A stretch of DNA of 63,317 bases, filler included, from Folioceros fuciformis (GCA_049999805.1; 6 parts of 6 records of this genome joined end to end with filler, not necessarily neighbours in it); one strand, 5' to 3'. Positions 1 to 13,681 are shown, numbered from the whole stretch's first letter. Made by a program: numbers and translations. The notes: generated by a model not told the origin, from the sequence alone.

Positions 1-2040
1 GCTTGCTCGCGGCTGGTCGGCCGGGCCGGCATCAGCTGGGTGGGGGAAAGTAGGTAGGCAGCCGGGGTCAGGCGATCCAGTAGTCGGACCGATCCACAGG
101 GGCAGACCGGGACAAAGGCAGGCGGGCTAGCAAGCTGGTTGCCTAGATGGGACGGTCATGGCAAGTGGTCGGCCAGATCCAGGAAGGCAGGCCAGCCTGG
201 AGGGTGGCTGGGCCAATGGAGGCCCGGCTATGTGACCAGCTGGGGTGACCGGCTAGATGCGGCTGCGGGCGGACTAGCGGTGGGCAGATCCGACCAGGCA
301 GCCAGCCCGGCCCAGCAGAAGTTGGCCGAGGAAGGACTAATGGTTGGGTCTGGAGGCCAGAGACCAGCTAGCAGTCTCTGGCTAGTCAGCCTGGGCAAGT
401 AGGTGACAGCCAGGGAATCGAGCAAGCGGGCAGGCTGACAAGGGAGGCCTGCCAGATCCGGCTGGCTTCCGCCGCCGAATCTAGCCAGCTAGCAGGTTGG
501 CTGGCGATGGCAGCTCCGGGCAGGCATTCGGCGGGTGGACTAGAGCAGATCAGGGGGGGCTGGGCTGGAACTAGCAGGTAGGCCGCCTGGTTTGCAGAAG
601 CTGGCCGGGGGGACTTGAGCTAGGCAGCCAGGCCGGGCAAGCAGGAAGCCGCTGCAAGCGGGCAGCCAGGGCGATCACAATGCCGGGTGGACAAGGTTGT
701 TGGCTGGCAGGCGAGTATGGATCAAGGTAGGAGGCCGGCGTGTGGCCTTTGTGCGGGCGGTCTAGCTAGTGCTGAAGGCTGGTTGCACGGGAGGTGGGGC
801 TCCAGACGGCTGGGGCCGGATTTGGAAGCAGACTAATTGGCCGAAATCATGCAAGGAGTTAGGCATGTAGGCGGGTTGGCCAGATCCAGGCCGAGAGGCT
901 GGAGGTGAATCTGGGGTAGAGCAAGGACGGTGCCTTGCCGGATCACCAGGCAACGCTGGCAAGCTGCAGCAGCAGACCCACAACAGGCGGGCTGGGCCAC
1001 GGCCAGGCAACCAAGCGAGGCAGGCTTGCCAGTCGACTCCAATCGGCTGGCTAGCTGGCCAGATCCGGAAGGTTGGAGGCAAAACGTCGGGGCCGCATAG
1101 GGAGGCCGGCAAGCGGCCTAGCGACAGTCTGAGCCAGGCCAAGTGGGTAGCGACCGGGTGGTGGCAGGCTGGAGTGGGATCATGGCAAGTAGCTGGGTAG
1201 TCTAGGCGGGCGGCCGCCAAGGTCGAAGGAGGACGCCCCAAGTTGTAGCAAACGGTGGTGGAGTCCAGGCATGTAGCGGCTTGCTGGTCAATTGGCCGTA
1301 GCTAGTCAGGTGAGGCTGGAGTGGATCTTGGCAGATCATTGGTAGTGGCAGGGGCTGAAGCAGGCAAGCGGATCTGCAGGTCCAAGCAGTTAGGCCGACT
1401 GGCTGGACCATGGCCAGTCGGCGGGCTGGCTGAATCGGGGCCAGCAGCCAAGCTGCAGGGGGCGAATACGGCCGGAGGTGGCCTGGTAGGCAGATCCTAC
1501 CTGCCAAGTAGCCAACAAGCGGGCCAGGCAGGTAGGCCAGAGGTGGTGCCGAATCCTGATTGGCTGCTGGATCTACGCGGTTGGAGCTGTCCATGGCGGC
1601 TACTGAGGTGCAGGCCGGCTTGCCAGCGACCTGGCAAGCAGCTTGGTGGACAGCCGGACCAGCAGCGGCCGCTTGCTTGGCTAGTTGGAAGCAGGGAGCC
1701 TGGTCCGGCGCATGTAGGCAGCCCAGACCAACCTACCAGCTACAGGCGGCCCAACAGCATGGATAGCGACATGCGGCCTGGCCGTTAGGTGAATCCGATA
1801 AGGCTATCGGGGGCAATCGGCGGCGGGCTCTCAGCAGCCCAACGGTGGCACCGGATCCAGGCCAGCGAGCAGCGCAGATTCGGGCGGCTAGGGCCGGATC
1901 AAGAAGGCGGGCTAGCGGATGTGAATGCCTGCCCGGGACGCCGAGGCAAGCTGCGCAGCCCAATAGGAAGGCAAGCCGAACGGGTAGGCAAACAGATGGA
2001 TGGAAGGCAGGGACACAAACCGGAGGCAGATGGCCTTGGA
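1..2040. repeat. GC-rich degenerate low-complexity repeat region, probably transposon-derived
   Basis: Recurrent short words (ggccagatccgg, ggcaggccagc, gctagc, ggctggc) throughout; the many overlapping Gly/Arg/Trp/Pro-rich ORFs show no recognisable domain. Confidence 0.5.
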
Positions 2041-3494
2041 TGGGGAGTTCTATGCCCTCCTTGGGAGCGCACCCGTGTATAAGGAAGGGGTGGACCGATG
2101 GAAGCATGGTTCGCATGAGGTGTTGAAAGACAAATCGGAGCTGTTGGAAGGGCCTCTCAAGTACAGGGACTTGGGACAGGAGAAACACGAACACCACTTG
2201 GCTTTGCTGGACCTAGTGCATCTCTCCATAGGTTATGGAGCAAGGTGCGGGAAGCTAAGTTCTGCAAGTGTGGAGGCCGTTGCAAGCGTGGAAGCTGCAG
2301 TACTAAGGAAGGGAAGCAGTTGCATGCACACATTAGAGAGCAGGGACATGAGGCCGATGAGTTGTGCCCAGCAGTTCAGCTATAGGGGCAGACCTTCTCG
2401 GTCTGCCTGACCAGCAGGGTGGGGAGTGGAAGTATCGGAAGAAGATGGAGATTCTGAAGGGTTGAGGGTGATTTGAGGGAAAGGGATGATCCGGGGAGTG
2501 TCGAGAGAGGTAATTTGGAGAGTTTGAGTAATTTTGATAGGAGAAAAAGGGCCGCAAGTCGGGGGCAGGTTAGGTCAGAGTTAGGGTTAGGATTAGGTCG
2601 GAGTTAGGTTTAGGGTTTTGACGAGTGGAGGGTTATGTCTGAGGTGCGCTGACCTGGTTAGGCAGTGATAGGGGTTCTTGGCCAAGGAGTATAAGAGGCC
2701 AGACATGTCATTGAGGGAGGAGGCTTTTGAAGAGTGCCTGAAGATTGGTGAAGAGTGCCTTTGACCTTGTGTGCAGGCTGCTGGGTTGGAGGGATTAATC
2801 TAATGTGCAGATGCACCTCGGCCTTGATTCCCCATGCCACTAGGGGAACGTGGCGGCTCCCAAAATTGCTGAGATCTGGGTGGCCAAATCCGCAGGGCTT
2901 AACCTCTCTTACAGGCTGGTTGGGTGGTTGGGGTACCTTGACGTCCCTAAGGGGTTTCCAAGGTGACGGATTGCAGGGCTGTGAGCCGAGAGGGCTATCT
3001 AGCCTAGGTCTGCACATCCCGACCTCAAGGACTGCAAGTGAGGGGCTGTTGTGTCCAAAATCCAGGAGTGAGACGTGGAGGCAAAGGGTTGAAGAGTTGA
3101 AGTGCTGGGGCAGAGATTTGAAGTGCTGGAGTAGGGACTTCAAGTGCTGGAACCCTTGAGGGCTGAGAGTGGAGGGCTAGGGCCTCCTCTCAGCTGCTGA
3201 GGAAGCTGATACCAGGAGTTGAAAGTGAGAGCTGAGGATGATGCTGAATCCTCATTCACCTGGGGTTGTGGTCGGTGTTGAAGACAAGGTTTTGATCTTT
3301 TTGCTATAGTGTGGTTTGGTCTAGGAGCCGGTTGATAGATAGGGTTCGACCTGGGCAATGTGGGGGAAGATTGTGGGGGACCTTGACACTAGTTCACTCC
3401 CTTGGGAACGAATCCTAGTATTACGACAATATTAAGGGGGAAGTGTGGCCCTTGGTGGTTCTTGGGTGCAAGTTCCACTCCACAAGATGGATTC

Positions 3495-6030
3495 TAAAAA
3501 CTATCTTTCCCATTCAAGTTCCTTGCAGGCATCTGTTAGGGCCTTGTATTCAGCCTCAATAAACGACAGGGCTAATGAAGACTGCTTTTTACATGACCAA
3601 TTGACAGCACTAGAAGCTAGCAAACATACATAGGCAGACAGACTCTTACAAGTGTTTGAATCTGATGCCCAGTCAGCATTAGCTAGGGCAGTCAGCACAA
3701 AGCTCTTCTTGCCACTGGCAGTATAATGTAGGCCTAAATTGATTGTTCCCTTTAGGTAACGATAGATACGTTTTACTGCAGCCCAGTGGACTCGACCTGG
3801 AGTCTTGATAAACTCAGCTACCATACTAATAGAGAAGCTTATATCTGGTCTAGTCCAGTTTGCCAGGAAAATGAGACAACCAACTACCTCAGCATAAGGA
3901 ACGCCAGCCATATCCCTTTCTTCATCTGCAGAATGAGGGGACATGTTGACTGATAGCTTCTCACCCACAACAAAAGGGGTAGTTATAGGATGTGCTTCAT
4001 CCAAGTGAAATCTTTTAAGTATTTCCTTAAGGTACTTTGACTGATGAAGGACAATTATCCCGTCTTGCCTGTTTTTGAGTATCTGGATACCCAAGCAGAA
4101 CTGAAGAGCACCCTCGTCTGTCATCTCAAATTCGCTCCTCAGAAGATCCTTAACCTTGTTCATTTGTGACATGTTATTGCTCAATAGAATCGCATCGTCA
4201 ACATACAAAGCCAAGATGACAAAAAGCTCAAACTCAGATAAGTAAAACACATTTGAGTCTGCTGATGATTGTGAGAAGCCTACCTTACACAGGAACTTCA
4301 TAATTCGTTTGTACCAGGCTCTGGGGCTTTGTTTCAAACCATAGATAGTCTTCAAAAGTTTGCACACTTTACCTGGCCATCTCTTAATAACAAATCCTTG
4401 TGGTTGGTTCATGTAGAGAACCTCTTCCAGTTCTCAAATCAGTGGCAAATCAGCTACCTCCCAAGTCTGGTTTTTGAGGAGACTATTGTACTCATCATTC
4501 ACAGACACTCGCCAATGGGCCCCATCAGGACCATTTAGTGCTTCATCAAGTGTTCGAGGATCAGGTCTAACATCAGGTACATACAAGTCTATTACATTGG
4601 CTGTTGTATGTCTCCTAAAATCTTCAGACTCATAAGGTGGCTCATCCCATAACTCTTGTGGTCTTCTTATCCTTACAAGATAGCGAGAAGGAGGATCAGC
4701 ATTAGCAATCTCATCAGGATTTGACTGTACACCATCACTATGAGCTTCAATGATATCCGAGTCTTCAAAACCACCTGGCTGCTCATCATTATATTGGTGA
4801 TCCCCTCATAGTCCTCAGCATCAATAGGATCTGGATCTACAAGAGGTGTACCAACAACACGTACCAAAGGCGGGTCAGGCTGATCATTTTGTGGTTGTAA
4901 GAAAGCATCAACTGCTACATGGTCTAACAGAGTAGGAACATCTCAATTGGACTGTGGGTATTCTTGTGTGGACTCTGTATCAGCAAGTGTACTCTGGAGA
5001 GTGGTAGACAAGGAATCTGTAGGAGTCAAAAATTCCTTGAAGGTAACACTACGTGCTAGTGTAATCTTGGAAGTCTTAGGGTCATACAGCTTATAGGCTT
5101 TGGATTCCTCTGAATAGCCAACAAAGATGGAGGGTCGAGACTTATCATCTAACTTCCCCCTCTTGGCTTCACGGACAAAAGCAAAGGCGGGTGACCCAAA
5201 GACCCTCAAGTGCAGCAGGCTAGGCTTGCGACCCCAGAAAGTTTCATAAGGGGTGCGACGAGGTAGAGTAGAAGGAACAAGTCGATTCAGAATGTAAGTA
5301 GCTGTCACCATAGCTTCTTACCAGAATGATTTGGGTAAGTTAGCCCATGAGATCATGCTGCGGGTCATGCCCATCAAAGTTTGATTTTTGCGCTCAGCAA
5401 CACCATTCTGTTGTTGTGTATATGGCACTGACAACTAGCAAAGAATACCATATGCTTGGAAAAGATCATCAAATTGATGGCCAATGAACTCCCCTCCATC
5501 ATCAGTCCGGAAGCATCTGACAAGACGTCTAGTTTGTCTATGGACCATGAGGATCCAGGAGGAGATGTGTTCGAACACATCACTCTTCAACTTGATAGGG
5601 AAGGTCCAAGTATAACGAGAAAAATCGTCAGTCAGTGATAGATAGTACTCTGCTCCATCCAGAGACTTTCACAGGGAGCTTTCGAGCAATATCAGCGTGC
5701 ACAAGTTCAAGGACAACAGTTGCCCTGGTTGGTTGTTTATTCTTGAAAGGCAATTCTTTTTGTTTAGACAGTATGCAGGATGTGCAGGCTGGTAGATGCT
5801 TGAAACAGCTGGGGAGCTTTTCTCTATAGAAGGTGGAGTTCGACATAAAATCCAACTTCGACTTGTTCAGTGCTGAGTGTTCTCTGTAGTCAAAGTCAGA
5901 CAAATCGTAAGTACAGAACTGCTGCTTCGAGGTTGTTGTTGGCCATTCTAAGATTTTGCTTCCTTAGATGAAACATGAGCCTCTGATCTAATAATCTTTT
6001 TGGGCTCTCCAGCTTTCTTCTTCATGCGAT
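3495..6030 (-). mobile_element. Degenerate Ty1/copia LTR retrotransposon internal region (integrase, RT, truncated RNase H)
   Basis: 3501-4412: QPQGF..KVCKLLKTIYGLKQSPRAWY, LYVDD, TRPDIS and ANADWAS..SWSCKKQ-like motifs (RT and start of RNase H). 4943-5311: TATYILNR..TPYE..GRKPSLLHLRVFG..FVGYSEESKAYK (integrase C-terminus). 5628-5903: CTSCILSKQ..LELVHAD. Integrase lies upstream of RT (copia order); stops and frameshifts present. Confidence 0.93.
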
Positions 6031-6068
6031 TATACAAACATAGATAGATTATTTTTATATAGATGCGC

Positions 6069-6168
6069 NNNNNNNNNNNNNNNNNNNNNNNNNNNNNNNN
6101 NNNNNNNNNNNNTTAATTAATTAANNNNNNNNNNNNNNNNNNNNNNNNNNNNNNNNNNNNNNNNNNNN
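6069..6168. other. Artificial contig linker
   Basis: N-run, TTAATTAATTAA (stops in all frames), N-run; identical at all five joins. Confidence 0.98.
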
Positions 6169-6421
6169 AGACTGAGTTAATGCGGATACTCGTCTCCGAG
6201 GCTGAAGCAGGGCCGAAAGCGGGCACGCGATCCCTCACCGAAGGCACCGTCTCGCTGAACGCCCTGGCCTGCAGCAAAGCCCTCCTGTCCTGCCACCTAC
6301 AGCTCAACAGCCGATCATTTGTCGCAGGGACAGTGCAGCGAGACGAAGCGCACGTGGAAGCGGTGCGGAGACCAAGCTCGGGAAGCAGGAATCCGGCCTG
6401 GGTGCAAGCCACTGTCACCAT
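6169..6421 (-). CDS. 5' end of a gene encoding a probable plastid transit peptide, truncated by the contig end
   Basis: ATG at 6421 gives MVTVACTQAGFLLPELGLRTASTCASSRCTVPA..., Ser/Thr/Arg/Ala-rich and open to the contig edge; the mature protein is not visible. Confidence 0.5.
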
Positions 6422-7021
6422 TGCTAACAGCTGGGGGAACTTCAGCTCGAATCCTACGCCATGACACGAAGGCGACACAATGCTTCTGAGCTCGTAGAGG
6501 TTTCCGCGATGGCGCTCGGTGCAGCAACGAAGAAGGAGGAGTAGAAACTTCACGAGACGATTTTAAGACGGTATTTGAATTTAAAATGATTATTTGGACC
6601 GTATTTCGCAGAGAAGCCTACTTGATGCTGTACTAAACAGCACGGGACAATGGACCTAGATAACTTAGGCATCGGCTATGAAGCCCTTCGCCTACTGCTA
6701 CTTCGGCGACACAACAAATCGAGGGCTCCATGAAGGAGGTTTTGATTGGAGCTCCAATGAAGCAACCATCTGTTAAACTGACGAGGGACCAGAAGCCGGA
6801 GCTCCGTGAGACTCTTAACACGGTCTTTGGGTTTGAAAATGATTAACCTGGGGTACTAAATAGTAGCATCCGAGGAGCATACTTGATGCTTACAAAGAAA
6901 CATAGGGCAATGAAACCTACGCATCGAATACGAATCCTTCCACCTCCTGCAGTTCGACGGCTCCACCTACTGAGGGCGCAAGAGGATGTGTGGATTGCTG
7001 TTGCAGGCAAGCAAGCTTTTC

Positions 7022-10000
7022 TCAAAAAATGCTCCTCAGCAAACCCCTGCGGATGGTCAGGTTATCATATGTAAGCCGACCATTTCCCCCCACCGGCTCA
7101 TTTAGATTGAAGCTTAAATGCTCTCACCGGTCACAAGACATACCAGAAGCCCGTAGGAGTATCTTTGGTCCTGTGAGTCAGTACCCACAAACATCAATTT
7201 CATTGAGGACAAGCCACATTGAAAAGCTAAAGCAAAACGACATGGTGGCCGAGTAACTGGAGAGGCTCTCTCGTACCTTGTCCGTCCTTCGAAAGCATCC
7301 CCGATTTCGGATCCGCTTGGTTCTTCAGGAAAGGTGCCTAGTAACGCGTATGTCTCACGTCCTTGCTCTGTGTCCAACCTTCGATAAACTTCGTACGATT
7401 GTGGGTAGGCCATGCTGAATTTTTCATAAGGCCGATCAACGAGACATCGCTGTAAGGAAGAAGAAGGACTTACAAGAACTCGTTTGCGTCACGAAATACA
7501 GCATTTGGGAAGACGGACATACCGCAAGGCTCCCAGGATTGGGTACTGAGTTCCTGACAGATAAAGGAGCCGAAAGTTGTAACAAGTGAAGAAAGAGGCA
7601 ACGAAATCCATTCGTTCTTGCCTTCCTCTGACCTGAACCACGACGCGCCTTTTTGGTCAGCTAACATAACTTCGATGTACACTCACCAAACCCAAATGTA
7701 AGTTCCTGTACTCACTTGCATAACTCCTCCGGCACCGGGCAAGTCCTGCAAACGAAAACCGATTCAGGAGAAGTACTAGTGAGATCAATCATACAGAATA
7801 AGATTGCAACCAGGACACAATTTTGCAGAGAGGCATGATACCTTGAGCCTTGGGTTTAGTATGATAACAGGCCTTTCGCCCGCGGCATTCACCATTGCTT
7901 GCAGATCCTATTGCAACATGTTATGTGGACGGGTAAGGCCTCAGACATACAACACGCCGAACAAAATCCAGCACTGCCAGCACATTGGTCAACTATCATG
8001 TGTCGCACACTTACATCAATGATACAGTTACCAGTTGCATTCTGGGGTGCCATGAGTATGAACATGTCATCCTGATCAGTGACTTCCTTCGCACCTACAA
8101 GGATTTGAATCTCATTACACTCTTGTCTTGCTGAGAAGCAGGAACCTCAAACGCTGGAATAGATCAAGGGTGCACTACCTACTGATCCAATGTTGATGAA
8201 CTCTCCTTTTGCACCATACTCCCCCCAGTCCATGGCCTCCAACATTCTTCTTGTCCCAGCTAGCTGCAAGGGCATACCTGCAAAAATGCCCTCTCCCATT
8301 GAACCCTGGACACAAACCTGAACCACATGCCAACATTGTTTCAGTCCTTGCGATCGTTTGCTCCAAAAGGGAAATAAATCTTGTGAGCACGACTGGCCTG
8401 TCAGCTATTGGGTGGGGAGAGGATATTAGACCCGGACACGCTTTCCGTCATTCGCAAAAGTGAAGGCGAGCTCTCGTATAAGTTCCAGGAGTGTGCCAAT
8501 TCTGTAGACATCCTGCACAAAATCCAAGAAGTTCCTCTGTGACTATAACATATTCCTACAACACGGTTGTCATGAAGACAGCCGAGTAACACGTATAGCG
8601 TACCATCTCAGGATTCAGCTCTGGAATGGTCAATTGAACCTGGTCCATTCAGCATAGCAGGATTAGTCGAGCAGCTCTCCTCATTGAACTCCCACACTTG
8701 CACAACATGCATCCATGGCGGTGCTACCCAATAATGAATAGCATCCAGGATAACATAGCGGACCCTGAGTTTGTGAAGTCCATCTTCCACAGCTCTCTTT
8801 GTAGCTTCACAGACATCTTTGTAGAAGTAAGCACGTATCTCTCTTGAATGAGGAATGCTATTCAGTTTAGTAGGTATCCCCCTCCAACTCTGCCGAAGTG
8901 AAACAAGACGTTGGAACGGGAAATGGAACAACCATCTCTTCAGAAGCGTACAACAGCAAACATCTCATACCTTTTCCAGTTGTGGAAGGTTGGGAACATT
9001 GTTGATGTCTGGCTGAACACGAAGTTTTTGCACATGAACGAATCAAAACTTCTGTCTGGTCTCCACAGTACCACTAACAAAGCTAGTTTCTTCATGAACT
9101 GCACAGTTAAGTCTCAGACTCTGGTGCTAGAAGAGGCTTTCAGATTCAAGCTGACTGCAAGGTAATGTTATTTCTTAGCATATTTCTACCAGTTAGCTTG
9201 ACACCCTGAAGAAATGGCTTGCACCCAGGCCGCATTCCTGCTTCCCGAGCTTCATGGTGTCAATGACAGAACAACCTGAAGCTTGACACCCTGAAGAGGT
9301 GGTTTGACACCCAACAGCACACAAAGTTTAATTCAAGGACACGCACAAGGCTAGAGACTTCAGCTGCTGTACATCGACGCTCCTCGTGAGATGAATCCTG
9401 TTCGTTTCGATGAAAGCTATCCGGAAGTTCAGAGTTTGCAAACTCTAGCCATGAAGGGCAGGATTGACCTGGGCCTGTAGATCTAGAGCAGCGAGCATTT
9501 TTCGCGCTCCAGAAATGCGATTCTTTAGACACGTGGATCAGTTAAGAGTACATTCAGCGAACATGATAAGCCCACCTAATGCAATGACGTCGTCATAAAA
9601 CCCAAGTTTTAGACTACACGCCAAGCTGATGCTAAGATGCAGAATGCAAACCGTACGTCGCTTGTAACAATATTTGCCAAGGAATTGGCATGAATGCTGT
9701 GAAAAATGGTTCAATGGTGTAGGGCTACCTAACAAAGCTTAGTCCTTATCATTCAAGTCCATTAATTAGATTGAACTACTGAAATCCCAGCAAATGCTAT
9801 TTTACAGACTTAGCCCTTCCAATGAGAGACCACTTGGAGCGTCTAAAGTGCAGCCCCACAAAATCAGTAAACTTCGGTCATGCAAATTTAGTGACCACGA
9901 GCAACCACTGGATCACCGACCTCCACATTTTTCTCTTGCACTTCTGACAGAAGATTAATGATTTCCGCAAACACCTCTGGCTTCGGACGATTCCCATCGA

Positions 10001-11689
10001 CCTAATAATCAGACAAACTCCGCATAAGCAGAAATCAGTTGCCAAAACTTGCAGTACGAAGAACACAGAAGTTGGAAATGTCTGCAGTTAACGACGCTTT
10101 TTCTTTGAGATCAGTTTTTCAATGTCTTTAAACACCAATTTGCTATTGCGGTTTCCTTTAACCTAAGGGTTCAAACAGTCCAGAGTAAGAAAACACAGAA
10201 ACAACAGCAAGGAATAGCAAACATTAACTTGATTCCTTGAACACGTTACTGCAGAAATGTGCTATACTTCTCTATGTGACAATTTTGCACTGCCCATAGT
10301 TTCCAAATCTCAGTTCATATGCAGACAGGCAATCTTACCCTTTTGATTACACCCTCGTAGACTGACAGCACCGCAGCAAGATTTTGGTGGTGGGTTTGCA
10401 ACCGCAGTTGGACCTGCTCAGATATTTGATACCAGGAAATAAGATGATTACGCATTTCTTCAGGATGGTCACATGTAAGACTCTATTTTGCAAAACACAA
10501 TCGCACCTTTTCCTCTGTGTCATCAGAACGTTGGATAAGTCGAGCTGCAATCTCTTCATTTTCAGGAGGACTGAACTTGAGGTGGTAGATCTTCCCAGTC
10601 ACAGGATCCATCCTCCTGCCTACAACTCGCTCAACAAGGACTTCATCTGGAACCTGACAACGACGTGCACTTGGTATCAGCTTGTATAAAGACCAGCAGA
10701 GACCTGACACCTGTGCGGACATAGGACGATTCAAGTAACCTGTCACCAGTCATCTCACCTCCAGCAATATGAAAAGCTGGGGCCTGATGTTCAGCTTTTC
10801 GAGAGCCTCAGCCTGCGACAAGCTTCGAGGATATCCATCAAGCAACCATCCTTGAGCAACTGCATCCGGCCTTGTCAACCTGTCCTTGACCATCTGCAGA
10901 CCGGCGAAGGTGCCACGGAATTCGTCAATCTCACTCTATCTACAAGGCGCCCTCACTTAACTTGTCACTAGGTCGCTGAACCGAAAGAGCATGCATTCAT
11001 TGACTTCCACACGAGACGCATACCGTGACCACAATCTCGTTCGGCACCAACTGGCCCAGGTTCATGTACTTCTCGGCCTCCTTCCCGGCATCAGTCCCTG
11101 CTGCCACCTCCGCACGCAGCAGATCACCTGCCGCGATGTGCACCAGATTGAACTGCCACATCCAAAATTTCCACAATCGGCCCCGTGCACACGGAACTGC
11201 AGAATTCCATCAATCCACCTCAACAAATTCGACGCCACACCCAACTCCCTCACCCGCTCCTTGATAAACTGGCATTGAGTGCCCTTCCCAGACGCCGGGG
11301 CCCCGGATATCATCACCTTCCAAGGCGCAGAGCTGGACGCAGCTGCGGAACACTGGCAACATCGTCCCAGCATCAGATCCCTCCCCTCCAACCCCGGAAT
11401 CCACAATTCATCCATCCATCCATAATCCACAATCCAGAACGCAGCAAACGAAACTAATTCATCAATGCCTCCTCACCCTCGCGATACCCTTGCCATTCCT
11501 GCGCGCTGCTACCAGACGCCCGGTCCCCCGAGGCCGAGCCCACCTCACGACGACGCGCTCCCGCCTGGCGAGATCGGCCCCCCAGCCAGCAGCCTCGCCC
11601 CCGGGCCTCCCAGAATGCGAGGCTTCCAAGCCCACACTCTGCCGGTGCTGTACCAGCACGGCAGAAGACGGGCACGGGCACAGCGCCAT
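7022..11689 (-). CDS. AMK5: Chloroplast adenylate kinase with C-terminal DUF1995-type domain, multi-exon
   Basis: Exons give a transit peptide, the P-loop [46 protein letters not shown], then [58 protein letters not shown], ending ...TGFW/GLLRSIF* (stop at 7022-7024). Confidence 0.93.
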
Positions 11690-12102
11690 GGCCAGCAAGC
11701 TTGGGCGCTGGGAAGGGAAGGGCAGGACTCACACCAGCGCCGGGCCGGGCTGGAATGCCTGCATGCCCCCGGTAGCAGGACAGCAGAAGAAGAACCAAAT
11801 GCAGGTAGATGCCGAATCACTGGATGCTCAGAGATGCGGTCTCCCACCCGCTGTCGTCCCAGGCACAGGACTACAGCTTGTCGTGGGCTTTTTATCTGCT
11901 CAAGACTCGGACCACAAGTGTACGATTCGTCTGGTTTACCGGTGGTGTCTGTGGCAGTTCATTTCTTCGTCACGGTTCACCGGCAAGGCGGTTGAACGTT
12001 CTTAGTTAATGCTACGCTAATCGGCTCCCGAACTTCTCTTAGGGAGCAGTCGCGAAGCCGCCATGTCCGTGGACAAGGCTCGCAGAAGCTGGGACGTAGA
12101 CC

Positions 12103-12258
12103 TGATGTGATCATACCGGAAGCAGCTCCTGCATGTCTATCTGCACCTGACTGGCAATGACAGAACAAGTGCCATGAGATGATGTGATCACACCAGAAGC
12201 AGCTCCTGCATGTCTGTCTGCACCTGCCTGGCATGACACAACAAGTGCCATGAGATGA
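12103..12258. repeat. Tandem duplication, two copies of about 77 bp
   Basis: tgatgtgatca...gcagctcctgcatgtct...acaagtgccatgagatga starts at 12103 and again at 12180. Confidence 0.9.
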
Positions 12259-12482
12259 GGGACCGTGAAATTGCAGTGCGACATGCATGCTGGATGAGAT
12301 TGCTATTGAGACAGCGGACGAGGTTTGTTTGTCAAAAGTAGGATGGATGGACGGATGCTCTTTCTCACATCAGGGTGAGAGTGGAGAGGGAAAAATTTTA
12401 GGCTGGGTTCACTCAGCTGGCTTTCTTGTTGTTGCCCGTAGCATGTGCAGACGGCTGTGCGGGTTTGTAGAAGGCAGGAAGG

Positions 12483-13302
12483 ATGTCGGAGAAGCTCGCC
12501 CCCACCCAGCGACACAAGTTCACCTTTGACGGTGCGCTCAGCTCCGCTCAACTCAGCTCAGCTCCGCGCTCATGTAGGGTCCATTGCTGATGTTGTTCGT
12601 TGCTCAACCTGCCGGCTGTTGGCTCCTTGCATAGGGCAAACTGTGTACGAATGGGATCAGACGCTGGACGAGGTGAACATGTACATAGCCTTGCCGCCAG
12701 GGGTGCCATCTAGGAGTCTGTACTGCAACATCCAGCCGCAGCACGTGGAGTTAGGCATCAAGGGGAATCCGCCTTACCTTAAGGTTGCTGCTGTTGTGGA
12801 ACGACGCCTTGCTCATTGAAGGCAAGGACGAGGATCGTAGCGGGTGGCGCTGACTTGGTTTGGCTTGTGTTGTCTGATAGGATGATCTAGCTGGAGCAGT
12901 GAAGCTGGATTCTTCATTTTGGACAATCGGTAAGCAGAATTCGCAGGCAGAAGATTGGATTGACTGTGTGGTTTGGCTGATACGCGAGTGATCGTGCAGA
13001 GGACGGGACTATGCACATCACTCTTCACAAGCGGTGTGTGGGAGAGACCTGGCCTGCTGCCATCAAGGGACACAATGTGGATGCGTATGCTGTGGATCAA
13101 GAGCAGCGCCGCCTCATGCTGGAGCGGTTTCAAACCGAGGTACGGTACATCAGAGTCTTGCCTACTTCGCCCCTAGCCACACGATCTGACGTCACTGCAT
13201 CTCGCAACTGGACAGCACCCCGGTTTCGACTTCTCGCAAGCTGAAGTGACAGGCAGCTGCCCCGATCCCAGAACTTTCCTTGGAGGAATTCAGACAATAT
13301 GA
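12483..13302 (+). CDS. NudC/CS (p23-like) domain protein, NudCD2-like, 5 exons
   Basis: Exons at about 12483-12531 MSEKLAPTQRHKFTFD, 12634-12783 GQTVYEWDQTLDEVNMYI..GIKGNPPYLK, 12881-12929 DDLAGAVKLDSSFWTI, 13000-13139 MHITLHK..EQRRLMLERFQTE and 13217-13302 HPGFDFSQAEVTGSCPDPRTFLGGIQTI*. Confidence 0.92.
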
Positions 13303-13681
13303 ATTCAGTATTTCTGTTTCGAAATTAACAGTAGTTGTCTCCGTAGTTTACAGCTCCTCGAAATGCCTTCACAGGAGGTTTTTATGAAGTAGATTTACAC
13401 GTTACATAGTGTTAGGTATCTAACTTACAGTACCTACTTTGAACTCCGCACTATTGCCAGCTACGCCTAGCATCGACTTTCAGATGCCCAGAGGGCCAAG
13501 GTGTGAACACCTGCTACAAAGTACAGACTCGTCACGAGATATGTCGGGCAAGATTCCCACCCTGAAAGTGAGGTGAGATGCGACAGGTCACCATTCCTGC
13601 CGCTGCTGTTGTTGTAGTTGCATTTCAGCATTGAAGGCCCATGGCTTTCACCTTAAAAAGAGACTGGCCTGCCAAAACTCT

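Noticed and set aside
139-2410. Many overlapping ORFs in the GC-rich start
   Set aside because: Open on both strands because of base composition; no domain recognised.
6113-6124. TTAATTAATTAA palindrome flanked by Ns (five occurrences)
   Set aside because: Artificial joining linker; ORFs that run into it are artefacts.
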